This document shows positions 37,988 to 50,042 of a DNA stretch of 64,000 bases, piece after piece. The stretch comes from Octopus sinensis (taxonomy: Eukaryota): NCBI RefSeq assembly GCF_006345805.1, contig NC_043010.1:66278001-66342000 (forward strand), read 5' to 3'. Position numbers and translations under genes: made by a program. The notes below the pieces were generated by a model. The model was given only the letters and a program-made list of their open reading frames with translations, was not told the origin of the DNA and ran no database searches. Positions within the stretch are counted from its first letter, which is position 1, and the number at the start of each line of letters is the position of its first letter.

Positions 37988-38280
37988 GTGGAGGCGCAAT
38001 GGCCCAGTGGTTAGGGCAGCAGACTGGCAGTTGTAGGATCGCGGTTTCGATTCCCAGACTGGGCGTGTGTGTTTATTGAACGAAAACACCTAAAAGCTCC
38101 ACGAGGCTCCGGCAGGGGGTGGTAGTCCCTGCTGTACTCTTTCACCACTCTTTCTCTCTTTCTTCTGTTGGCCTGCTCGCTTAGCCAGCGGGGAGGCGTC
38201 GTTCGAAGGCTAAAACAATGCGAACGCATTGTGACCAGCGATGTGTAGCAACATCTGATGGTCTGGTCGGTCACGTGATA
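37988..38280 (+). mobile_element. SINE with family-B tRNA head and a different tail
   Basis: GTGGAGGCGCAATGGCCCAGTGG...GGTTTCGATTCCC head; tail TGTGACCAGCGATGTGTAGCAACATCTGAT also seen reversed near 61600-61710. Confidence 0.8.
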
Positions 38281-38678
38281 TATATGTGTAGGTGCAGGCG
38301 TGAGGGAGTAGTAAGAAGTTTGCTTCCCAACTACATGGTTCTGGTTTCAGTCCCACTGTACAGCACCTTGGTCAAGGGTCTTGTACTATAGGCGCAGGCC
38401 AACCAAAACATTGCAAGTGGATTTGGTAGACAGAAACCGAAAGAAGCCCATCATATGTATATGTGTGCGTCTGTGTGGTGTTGGTGTGTTTACATCTTTG
38501 TAACTTAGTGGTTTAGCAAAAGAGATTGATGGAATAAATACCAGACTTAAAAATATAAGTTCTGGAGTCGATTCATTTGACTAGAATTCTTCAAGGAGAT
38601 GCCCCAGCATGGCCATAGTCTAATGACTGAAACAAGCGAACGATAAAATATATATATGTGTGTGTGTGTCATTTCATA

Positions 38679-39186
38679 CCGTAAATCCTTGAGTATAATC
38701 CACATTTTTTCCCCAAAATTTAAAGGTCAAAATCCCTAGTGCGTACTATTTACGAGGTTAATAAGGAAAAATATTTTGTAAGCAATGTCCGAGTCTCTAT
38801 TTGCCGTCTGGCAATGTTTATTCAGACGCATTTTGTGGTGTCGGGCGTGAAAATACCTCAAGCTAAGCCTGAAAGCAATGAAGTCATAAAAGAATCATCC
38901 ATAACTTGCAGTAAGCAACATTTACTAAACGTTATTACTGTTATTTCTTTATTTTCTGCAAACAAAATGCACAAAAAAGCTACACGTTTGCATTATGTTA
39001 TATATTCAGTAATAAAGGACGTTACCATATACATTTCTACAAACCAAAGACGTTATATAGACCTCCTTGACTCAAGTTAGAGAAGGGGTGCGTATTATAC
39101 ACAAGGTTTAGGTTTTTCAGAGGTACAGCCCCCAAAAATCCCCTGCGTATTATACTCAAGGGCGGACTATACTCCAGGATTTAAGG
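38679..39186. mobile_element. Tc1/pogo-type non-autonomous DNA transposon
   Basis: TA|CCGTAAATCCTTGAGTATAATCC ... GGACTATACTCCAGGATTTAAGG|TA. Confidence 0.75.
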
Positions 39187-39472
39187 TAGACACAGCATTT
39201 AAATGTGAGCTATTAAGAATTTTATTCTGTGAGAACACAATAATTTAGCATATTTATAAATCATGCCTTATGTCTGCAAGCAATCCTTAAGGCTCCAATA
39301 CACAGCATGGCTGATCTTCGAAAAAAAAAGAACCGAGAAAGGACGCTGGTCTATGAGAAAGAAGTACAAGGAAGGCAGAACAAGAAGACGAAAGGTAAAA
39401 AAAAATGAGAGAAAGGAAAGCCAAGAGTTGCGTCCCCTTTATTGAAATCTTAATGTAGCAAATATCTACTAA

Positions 39473-40665
39473 CTAGCAGTATCGCCCGGCGTTGCTCGGG
39501 TTCGTTTCGACCCTTTAGAATTGGAATTTTTGAAAAGTAAAAATTTTGCATTATTGCAACAACAGTTCCCTATAACATTCTACAACTTCTCAGAACTCAG
39601 ATTAATTCTTCAGCAAATACTGCTGAGATTGAATATTCTTTCCTATGCGCAACCCCTCAACATCTAATTCCAATATCTACGCTTCCAGATAGGAGATTTC
39701 TGAAGTCAGCTGTCGAAATTTGAAACAAACATGAAGAGACTGTCACAAGAAACATCTTGGCCAAAAAAGAAACCAGATTTTAAAAACTTGTCTGCATAAA
39801 CATCTTATGTCACGCATGTCACTGGAAATGTAGAGGACCAATGATTGATCCACTGGAATCTTATGACCATTGATGTAGTTATTCCCAGACCGGGCGTTGT
39901 GAGTGTTTATTGAGCGAAAACACCTAAAGTTCCACGAGGCTCCGGCAGGGGATGGTGGTGATCCCTGCTGTACTCTTTCACCACAACCTTCTCTCACTCT
40001 TACTTCCTGTTTCTGTTGTACCTGTATTTCAAAGGGCCGGCCTTGTCACTCTCTGTGTCACGCTGAATATCCCCGAGAACTACGTTAAGGGTACACGTGT
40101 CTGTGGAGTGCTCAGCCACTTACACGTTAATTTCACGAGCAGGCTGTTCCGTTGATTCGGATCAACTGGAACCCTCGTCGTCGTAACCGACGGAGTGCTT
40201 CCATATTCCCAAATACATTACATAACACACACACACACATCTCCACATTTCTATTCTGCTGTATCAGTCAGACTATCAGATGTTGTTTTATGACGAAAGA
40301 GCGAGACCTCTGAGATATGTTGTGACTGCGAAGACCTGACAAATGAAACTGAGCACTGTATACAATAATTTCATTATTATTATTTTTTTATGGTTGAAAT
40401 ACACCGAAAAATGGCGACACAGCAGTCAAAAAATCGTAAAAAATAGAGATTTTTCATAGAAAAAAAGCACCTTTTTGATGTAAATAATTTTTGGTGTTAA
40501 CACGGTCCGATCTGAATTTTTTCTTCTACGGAAGGAAGAGCAAGCCTTCTTCTATTATACTCTCAATTTTGGTCAACTTGAGCCGCAGGGTCTCAGAGGA
40601 AATAGTGTTAGTTGAAGGCTACCAAACCTGTCACACACAGACAACTTCAGCTTTATATATATAGA
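39473..40665 (-). mobile_element. Non-autonomous Helitron interrupted by a SINE-B
   Basis: Minus strand: A|TC 5' end, subterminal hairpin CCCGAGCAACGCCGGG, CTAG|T 3' end. Confidence 0.75.
39881..40203 (+). mobile_element. SINE family B, 5'-truncated
   Basis: Reverse complement of the 14371-14690 body. Confidence 0.88.
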
Positions 40666-40864
40666 TTCAAGAGGAAGGAGGCTAAAGTTTGTGAAACAAC
40701 GGGCTCAATCTGGAGATTAGTTTCTTTTTCCGCCTTCCCTCATTCCACCTTTTGCTTTCACCTTTCTCTCGCTTTTTCTTAGACCAATGTTCTTTTCTCA
40801 GTTTTTCAGATAAGACCAACCAGAGCCATGCTGAGGGCACCACCTTGAACAATTTTAGTCAAAT

Positions 40865-40982
40865 GCTTACGGCCATATCATGTTGAAAACACCGGTTCTC
40901 GTCCTATCACTGAAGTTAAGCAACGTGGAGCCTAGTTAGTACTTAGATGGGTGACCGCTTGGGAAACCTAGGTGCTGTAAGC
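40865..40982 (+). rRNA. 5S rRNA copy, solitary, probably retroposed (pseudogene or SINE head)
   Basis: 118 nt GCTTACGGCCATATCATGTTGAAAACACCGGTTCTCGTC...GTTAGTACTTAGATGGGTGACCGCTTGGGAAACCTAGGTGCTGTAAGC; helix I GCTTACGGC/GCTGTAAGC pairs fully; no T4+ Pol III terminator follows. Confidence 0.93.
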
Positions 40983-41368
40983 GTCACACACTTTGAGACT
41001 GATAGAATAAGTACTAGGCTTACAAAGAATAAGTCCTGGGGTCGATTTGCTTGACTAAAGGCGGTGCTCCAGCATGGCCGCAGTCTGAAACAAGTAAAAG
41101 AGTAAATGAATCAATCCCAGAATTTATATTTTTTGAATCTGGTATTTATTCTATCAGTCTCTTTTGCTGAACCACTAGGTTACAAGTCAGAGGTGGGGGA
41201 CAAACACACATGCATATATATATGATGGGCTTCTTTCAGTTTCCATCTACCAAATACCATGTGTATTCAAGTATGAGGGATTGCCTTGAGACACAAGACA
41301 TGATATATAAATATGCCAAACTATTGTGTTCCCACTGCATGAAACTGTTGGTAGCTCATTTTTAAATT

Positions 41369-41590
41369 CTCTTTACTCTTTTATTTGTTTCAGTCATTTG
41401 ACTCTGGCCATGCTTGAGCACCGCCTTTAGTCGACCAAGTCGACCCTAGGACCTATTCTTTGTAAGCCTAGTACTTACTCTATTGGTGACTTTTGCTGAA
41501 CCACTAAGTTATGGGGACATAAACACACCACCTTCGGTTGTGAAGTGATGTTGGGGGAACAAATACAGAGACACAAACATATGCACACAC

Positions 41591-41653
<63 letters not shown>

Positions 41654-41817
41654 CGACGGGCTTCTTTCAGTTTCTGTCTACCAAATCCACTCACAAGGCT
41701 TTGGTCGGCCCAAGGCTATAGTAGAAGTCACTTGCCCAAGGTGTGATGCAGTGGGACTGAACCTGGAACCATGTGGTTTGTAAGCAAGATACTTACCACA
41801 CAACCACTCCTGCACCT
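41369..41817 (-). mobile_element. SINE family A, full length
   Basis: Match to SINE-A. Confidence 0.85.
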
Positions 41818-42294
41818 ATACTGTGTCTATATTAAATCATATTTATCTCATTGGATGGAGTGTTTTTTTTTGCTTGTTTATCCTCCAAATAATGAAACAA
41901 TAAACTCTATGTGTATGTATGTATGTATATATATTTGTGTGTATATATATGTGTGTGTATATATATATATATGTATATATATGCATATGTGAGTGGTGCA
42001 TGGCTAAGTGGTTTGGGTCCTGCACTCACGATTGCGAGATTACGATTTCAATTTGTAGTCCTGGTGGTGCATTATGTTCTTGAGCCAAACACATCAACTC
42101 ATGTTGCTCTGCGATCACTCTGACACCTGATGTATGGTACACAGCACACCTGTTCAGATAATGTCGATATGATGGAGAGAGCGAGCTAATGTGTGGCACG
42201 AACCATTGATCACTATAAACAAATCATTTGTGCAGGTCACTTGACAAAAACTGAACATCCTCAATGAGAGTCCATCATCTATACGTGTCTATCA

Positions 42295-42600
42295 TCATCA
42301 TTATCATCATTTAATGTCCATTGTCCATGCTGGCATGGGTGGGACAGTTTGACAGGGCTGGCATGCTGGAAGACTGCACCAGACTCCAGTCTGATTTGGC
42401 ATGGTTTTCTACAGCTGATACCCTTCCTAACGCCAACCGCTCCGAGTGTAGTGGGTGTTTTTACGTGCCACTGGCACAGGTGCCATTTGTGTGACACTGG
42501 TATCTGTCACAACTGCGATTTTGCTCGGTTTGATGGGTCTTCTGAAGCATGACATAATGCCAAAGGTCTTGGTCATTGCCTCCATAAGGCCCAACACTTG
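42295..42600 (-). mobile_element. RTE LINE 3' end (ORF2 end, 3' UTR, (GAT)n)
   Basis: LGLMEAMTKD-like coding end runs into the GGCACGTAAAAAC module and the (GAT)n tail. Confidence 0.75.
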
Positions 42601-42614
42601 AAAGGAACTCAGCC

Positions 42615-42663
<49 letters not shown>

Positions 42664-43020
42664 ATGGAAGCACTCCGTCGGTTACGACGATGAGGGTTCC
42701 GGTTGATCCGATCAACAGAACAGCCTGCTCGTGAAATTAACGTGTAAGTGGCTGAGCACTCCACAGACACGTGTACCCTTAACATAGTTCTCGGGGATAT
42801 TCAGCGTGACAAGACCAGCCCTTTGAAATACAGGTACAACAGAAACAGGAAGTAAGAGTGAGAGAAAGTTGTGGTGAAAGAGTACAGCAGGGATCACCAC
42901 CATCCCTGCCGGAGCCTCATGGAGCTTTAGGTCTTTTCGCTCAATAAACACTCACAACGCCCGGTCTGGGAATGGAAACCGTGAGTCCGCTGCCCTAATC
43001 ACTGGGCCATTGCGCCTCCA
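42664..43020 (-). mobile_element. SINE family B
   Basis: Close match to 14371-14742. Confidence 0.88.
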
Positions 43021-43035
43021 TGATATATATATATA

Positions 43036-43375
43036 TATAATAACAATTTAATAAATAAAACATATGCATGCATACATACATATATGTACATACCTACATC
43101 TATATATATATATATACATGCATATATATATATATGAGTACAGGACACCACAAATAAACGTAGAACACAACGAGAAATGAAAACATAAATTCAAACAAGG
43201 AAATGGCCTTTTTTTAACAACGAAAAAACAGAGTACAAGACAAACAATGCAAGGAATATTCCCCTTCATCAGCTGCCCCTGGTTCGACTCAATGCGTGTT
43301 TCAAAGGTAAGGGCAGAACACAATCCGGCTGAAGCAGTCCTTCCTGCAAAATGAATTAAATAAAATTCTTTTGCA
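43036..43375. repeat. Dispersed repeat, copy 1 (copy 2 at 46806-47125)
   Basis: Shared GAGTACAGGACACCACAAATAAA...CCCCTTCATCAGCTGCCCCTGG...GAATTAAATAAAATTCTTTTGCAGA. Confidence 0.85.
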
Positions 43376-43951
43376 GAATTGTTTCTCGTTTCTCTTTTTC
43401 TCCAAGTAAGTTTTTATTATATATATGTGTGTGTGTATATATGTATATATATATATCTATATATATATATATATATAATGTAATGTATGTGTGTAGGTGC
43501 GGGTGTAACTGGTTGGTTAAGAAGCTTGCTTTCCAACCATGAGGCTTTGGATTCAGTCCCACTGTATAGCACCTTGGGCAAGTATTTACTTTTATAATGC
43601 TGGTCAGACCAAAGCTTAGTGAGGGAATGGAAACTGAAAGGAGCCCTTCATGTATGTGTGTGTAACTTTGTCTTGACATCATAGGATTGTTATAAATGAG
43701 TACCACCATTACACAAGTGGAATCCCTCATTTTCCATTGTCCATCAAAATGTGTTTGGTCATGGGGGTCTATTATCTTGCTTCAAGGCAGGTTAGGATTT
43801 GCAACAGGAAGGGCATCCACTTATAGAAAAATCTGCCTTCATGAATTCCATCTCACCCATACAAGTCTGGAAAAGTGGATGTTAAATGATGTTAATGATG
43901 AATGTCAACAGAGATTTCTTTTTCTTTCTTTTACCATTTTACTCGTTTCTT

Positions 43952-44316
43952 CATAAGTTAAGTTAATTATTTGGCTCAAAAAGCTAAAAGCAAGGCCATG
44001 TAGGGGGACATGGACTTATGTACAGGGTGGTGTTCATCGAAAGAGTTCAGGCCATTTGTGGTCAAGGGAGACTTTGAACCGAGCGGTCGCTGGCATCTTC
44101 ACTATCTCGTCCGGCAGCTTATTCCATGGATCCGCAACCCGGACGGAGAAAGCCCCTCTCCTTCGATTGAGATGAAATCGTCGCAGATAGAGCTTTTCGG
44201 AGTGACCCCGCAGCTGACGCTCTGGAGCAGGAGTGAAGAACAGCTCTTTCGAGAGTTTACACGGCGTTTTTCATAAGTTTCTATCTGATTGATCTGAGCC
44301 ATGCATTCCTACTCAT
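43952..44316 (-). mobile_element. 5'-truncated CR1 LINE 3' end
   Basis: LRGHSEKLYLRRFHLNRRRGAFSVRVADPWNKLPDEIVKMPATARFKVSLDHKWPELFR-stop, then short UTR and AACTT tail. Confidence 0.88.
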
Positions 44317-44592
44317 TTTTCTGTGGCAGATTTTACCCATTTGTTTTCCTCATGGCTTCCACTATTTCATTATCCTTGGACTCACTGGATTTTCTACAAG
44401 TCATGTACTTTTAAAACATTTTTTTTTTCTTCCTTTCATAAGAAAACACTTCACCCTCTGCGTGTGCTCACATCTGTCACATTCCGTTTGCCTTCCCATG
44501 TGCATCACCTAACTTCATTTCTTTTACCAGTTCCTCACCATACTAAAGACATTTCTTCCAACCTCCTTGGACTTTCTGCCAGTGTTATGTAA

Positions 44593-44780
44593 TCTCTTTC
44601 TATATATAAAGCTGAAGTTGTCTGTGTATGGCAGGTTTGGTAGCCTTCAACTAACACTATCTCCTCCGAGACCCTGCGGCGCAAGTTGACCAAAATTGAG
44701 AGTATGATAGAAGAAGGCTTGCTCTTCCTTCCATAGAAGAAAAAATTCAAATTGGACCATCTTAACACCAAAAATTATTC
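44593..44780 (+). mobile_element. 5' fragment of the Helitron family at 39473-40665
   Basis: Reverse complement of about 40485-40665. Confidence 0.75.
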
Positions 44781-45724
44781 TACCTCAATGGCATAGTAAC
44801 TGAGACAGACAGGTGCAGCCCACCCCAACCTTTGGGCTGGCTGGTGTCCATTCTCCTTTGCTATCATGAGGCATTTTTGGAGCTGGATTTTCTACAGGGA
44901 GCATGCCCTTGCTTACTCCCCAACCTCAGTTTCTAGATATGAGTGGTCCCGAGACCAAGTCCTCTACTATGATTGTTAAGAAATGTGGTGGAAAACTAGC
45001 TCATGAAAGCAGGGACGCTACTCCTTGAGACCCCTTTCAGAGCCCCCCAACCAAAATAACACACAAACTACTTTCCGCATATGCCCATCTCTAAACATGG
45101 ATGCAATCTTATATATGCACATACACACCTGGCCCTTTCTTACTTCCCTCATATAACTGCATTCCTACCCTTCATGTCACCCCAACTTTCACCTGTTTAC
45201 AAGCAAGGTAATATTTCCCGCAGAAGACTAGAAACGAACACCATCACTTGTATAATGATGATGCTCTTTCACAACCATCTCGTGAGACAAGGAAATATAT
45301 ACTCCCCTCTGGATGGGACATCAGAGAGGAGTATATTGCGGGGTTACTCAATTGTCACAGCTGAGTGGACTGGTGCAATGTGAAACGAAGTGTTTTGCTC
45401 AAGAACACAACACATGGCCAGGTGCAGGAATCCAAAACAGTTTTACAATCATGAGTCCAACATCCTCCACTAAGCCACGTAACTCCACTATATATATATA
45501 TATATATATACATATACACATGTATATATATATACACACACATATATATATACACACACATGTATGTATATATGTATTTGCCATGATAGATCGCTAGCCA
45601 CTACACATTCTTTATTTTCTCTCTTTGTTTCTTTCTGTATTCCTTTCTGTGGAAAAGGTGTAGTTAGGAACACCCAACTTTGAGGCAGTTACTTTTAGGG
45701 AGCTACTTTGAGGGTAGTTACTTT

Positions 45725-46050
45725 ACATGATCATTACCACTTCGCCTTACTAGCACTTGTGCTGGTGGCACGTGAAACATTCGAGCGAGGTCGTCGCCAG
45801 TGCCACTGGACTGGTTCCTGTGCAGGTGGCACATAAAAAGCACCATTTGGGTGTGGCCGTTGCCAGTACCACAAAACTGGACCTCGTGCCGGTGGCACAT
45901 AAAAGCACCCACTACACTCTCGGAGTGGTTGGCGTTAGGAAGGGCATCCAGCTGTAGAAACTCTGCCAGATCAGATTGGAGTCTGGTTCGCCAGACCTCA
46001 GTCAAATCGTCCTACCCATGCTAGCATGGAAAGCGGATGTTAAATGATGA
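45725..46050 (+). mobile_element. RTE-type 3' end with several GGCAC modules
   Basis: GGCACATAAAAAGCAC modules then ACTACACTCTCGGAGTGG...GATGATGA. Confidence 0.75.
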
Positions 46051-46805
46051 TGAGCACAGTTTATCTCTACCAAATCAACTCTCAAGGCATTGGTTGTCCC
46101 AGGGCAATAATAGGTCATTTTCCCAAGGTGTTGTGCTGTGGAACTGAACCCAAAACCATGTGGTTGGGAAGCAAGCTTCTTAACCACACAGTCTTGCCAT
46201 TTTTTTTCTCTTTTTGTGTGACTTTTAAATGATTTTCTTTCTTTTTTGAGATGACTGATATTTCCATTTTTAATTGCAAGATAACTGGTTTAATTGAAAG
46301 GTTTCCAGAATTATTTTTCTCTTCTTCGTCATCATTGAAGCTGTTGACGTTATCCCCTATCATCGTTGTCATGGTTATGAACACCGTCGTTGTCATCATC
46401 ATCATCAATATTGTTGTTATCACCATCATCCTCACCACCATCACTCTCATTATCATCATCACTACCACCACCACTACCACCATCATCATCATCACAATTA
46501 ATAACAGCAACTATCATAACCAACACTACCACCACAAACACCATCACCTCATCACTACCACCATCACTCCAAGATCACCACCACTATGTTTTGAGACATG
46601 TTCTTTTGATAATTTCAAAGCCCAGCTTTCCATTTCCAGATAGGGTACCTTCCAAATATGGAAATGTTTTCAACACTCCTCACCTTGTATTCATATATAC
46701 ACATACAGATGTACTTACACATTTATCAATCTACTTTCTACTTCTCTCTCTTTATATATATATATATATATATATATAATTATATATATATATATATATA
46801 ATAAC

Positions 46806-47125
46806 AATATAATAAATAAAACATATGCATATATACATACATATATGTACATACTTACATCTATATGTATATATACATGCATATATGAGTACAGGACACC
46901 ACAAATAAATGTAGAACACAACGAGAAACGAAAACATAAAATCAAACAAGGAAACAGACTTTTTTTAACAACGAAAAAACAGTACAGGACAAACAATACA
47001 AGGAATATTCCCCTTCATCAGCTGCCCCTGGTTCGGCTCAATGCATGTTTCGAAGGTAAGGGCAGAACACGACCTGGCCGAAGCAGTCCTTCCTGCAAAA
47101 AGAATTAAATAAAATTCTTTTGCAG
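46806..47125. repeat. Dispersed repeat, copy 2 of 43036-43375
   Basis: Same orientation, few substitutions. Confidence 0.85.
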
Positions 47126-47890
47126 AGGGGTAAAACAAGTGACAAGAACAGGATGTAAAAGCAATACAAATGAAGAAAAAACAGTACAAATAAAGAATAA
47201 CAGGACAAGGAAACCAACAATAAGGGTTTTTGTTAAGCCTAGACGGTGGAAAAATTAGTTAGAACGCATGTGAAAAATTGGCTTACACATACATACAAAT
47301 ACATATATATATATAATTGTACACAGTGTGTTGTTAGCCAGCTGGTGGAGATGTCCTCCTGGGGCTAAAAACAACAGTAGCATCATCCTCCATGGGACCA
47401 CCACATTTGGTTGGCAATTATATTTTACGATTGCATACTGCTACTGTTTACTTCTCGCTCAGAGATTTAATATTGCACGTATATATATATTGCACATATA
47501 TATAATATATATATATATACTCAGGGTAGGATGTTGGCACCCTTTCTGTTGTAAAACACATAAAAAATAAGCGAAACACTTATGACTGAGTTGAAGGCAG
47601 ATTTACTTCTGCCTTTATAGCACGTAAAGAAAATGGTGTTGTAATTATGTACACAGTATGTGTACTACAGCAATACTATGCATAGCTTTAATGCTGTGAT
47701 TGAAAGGCAGGGACGAATTATGCCCAACTAATCTATAAAAAAAAAATTGTATTTTATGGATAGCAATCAGAGTAACCTTCATAATTTTATTGAATTAGGT
47801 ACATATTTTGCCAAAAAAGGAAAATGTTGCTATTGATCTATTTTATTATACTGCCTATCTAAGTGGCACGTTTCTGATACATATAATATA

Positions 47891-47922
<32 letters not shown>

Positions 47923-48989
47923 GTTTGCTCTCCACATTTAACCATTCTACCTTCAAACTTCTCTGCATCATGATCTGAAATGTAAGGTTTTTTTTCTACC
48001 CTGGTGACAGAGACTTGATTTATCCACTGGTTATTTGATTCCATTACAAGCTGCATATGTTGGTGAACTACATCTACTAACATTAAGATGGATTTCTGAG
48101 CCCCTAGAAACAGCTGTTGGACTGATAAACACCTTACCACTTCCCCTTTAATTTTCTCAGTCGTTTGTACTCAGAGTAAGTTTGATCTATTAATATACAA
48201 ATATCTATATATTTATCATCTGAAACCCTTCGGTCTTTGCTTTCATTCTGTTTACACGTATACTTTGTATATGAAACCCAAGCTATTATATTTAATTTGT
48301 TTATCCCCTTAATTGCCTCTATATATACATACCTGTATACCCCAATATACACATAGATATAGGACTAATTCTCAGACAGACACAAAGCAGATCTAGAAGG
48401 AGAGCATGTTACTGACGAGGCGAATAGCAAAGAAAGGACTTTGATTAATTAATCAACAGATTAAACAAATGACCAGTTGGTTGGTTGATTAGATAACTAA
48501 CAAAAAAGTGAAATTGAACCAGTGCATACATTCATTATCATTGGTGTGATGACCCTCCCAAATACTATATATATATAAAGTTGACTTCGCATTTCATCCT
48601 TTTCGGGGTCAATAAAATAAATACCAGTTGACCACTGGGATAGATGTGATCAACTTAACTACCACTAGGTATGAGTTTTAAAAAACTACATTCCTCTGCT
48701 AAGCCATGTTGAGCCAGTGTGGCAGAGTAGGATCATCAAATTAGTATGATCTCAAGTTCAAATTCATGGTTCCCACATCAGACCATGGTTGGTGGAGAGA
48801 ACATGCTGTGAAGTTCCTGTTCTGCGGTGAACTGAACATGGGCAATCCAATCCAATCATTCTTACAACTGGCATTTCATATCTGGTTTCTGATCTTCTGG
48901 CTGGATAAGAAGTGGGTACTCCATATCCTATCCAATGATTGGGAATGTGAAATTCAAACAACCAGACACAAGATATTAATGGTTACACT

Positions 48990-49248
48990 CCGCCTGGCCC
49001 CCGTGCCGGTGGCATGTAAAAAGCACCATCTGATCGTGGCCGTTTGCCAGCCTCGTCTGGCACCTATGCTGGTGGCACGTAAAAAGCACCCACTACACTC
49101 ACGGAGTGGTTGGCGTTAGGAAGGGCATCCAGCCGTAGAAACATTGCCAGATCAGACTGGACCTGGTGCAGCCTTCTGGCTTCCCAGACCCCAGTTGACC
49201 CGTCCAATCCATGCTAGCATGGAAAACGGACGCTAAACGATGATGATG
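48990..49248 (+). mobile_element. RTE-type 3' end with (GAT)n tail
   Basis: Same as 5043-5360. Confidence 0.8.
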
Positions 49249-49910
49249 ACCCCCCCCCTGATATTGAATGATGTTTTACCCTTCTTGTCGGGACTTTGTG
49301 CGTATATATATACATATAAGTATAGGGATGGTATTATTAAAATACCACCACGAGCGGTAAGCGAATTATCAGCCGTACAGGCAAATATTAAAATATATAC
49401 ATACAATATTAGATATGTACATATATGCACAAGGGTACTACATTTTTTCACTTCTATCATTAGCGATATAGGTACTCATGTAGTACCCTTGTGTATATAT
49501 GTACATATCTAATATTGTATATATATACACAATTGTACCAAATTACCGGAGTCATTCTTGTTGCTTATTTTTTATTATAATCACCCCGCAATTTTTTTAT
49601 GGATAACACCATACAAAATTCTGGTGCATCTAAATTAAGTACCATATTCATTTGAATCTAAATTGTTGCTGAACTTATATATAGATTAGCTGTTCAAAGC
49701 AACTGATTTCTTCTGTTAATATTCCAAACTTTAAGCTCTTGTGAATTCGTTCAGGCGCAAAAGTAATTGATCAACTGGTTGGAATTCATAGGACGGTCAC
49801 TGGAGCTAGAAATTCGGTCTTGGGACAAAATGAATCACCACTTTCAAACGAATAAATTCTACATGTGCTAAGTACTTCCCACAACGTGTATACACATGCA
49901 TACACAAATA

Positions 49911-50042
49911 CAGGGTGCCCCCCCCAAAATGTATACACACCTTAAATAATTGTAAATTTGTTATTCTTTGTAAGCCTAGTACTTATTCTATCGTTCTCTT
50001 TTGCCGAACCACTATGTGTATACATTTTTTGGGGACACCCTG
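49911..50042. mobile_element. Tc1/mariner-type mini-MITE
   Basis: TA|CAGGGTG(C)nAAAATGTATACACA ... TGTGTATACATTTTTTGGGGACACCCTG|TA. Confidence 0.8.

Noticed and set aside
37988-38070. tRNA gene
   Set aside because: A/B boxes are present but there is no acceptor stem and it continues into a SINE body; same for heads at 14742, 27356 and 60894.
43250-43320. Hammerhead in the 43036/46806 repeat
   Set aside because: GAAAC and CTGATGA occur on the minus strand, but stem I cannot close after the GTC and no GAAA follows stem II; copy 2 has GCC instead of GTC.
44010-44302. ORFs of 88 aa (+) and 66 aa (-) as genes
   Set aside because: They are the antisense and an off-frame reading of the CR1 C-terminus.
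46115-46779. Overlapping poly-Ile/Thr/His/Ser ORFs
   Set aside because: Degenerate (CAT/CAC)n trinucleotide repeat with no splice context or domain.
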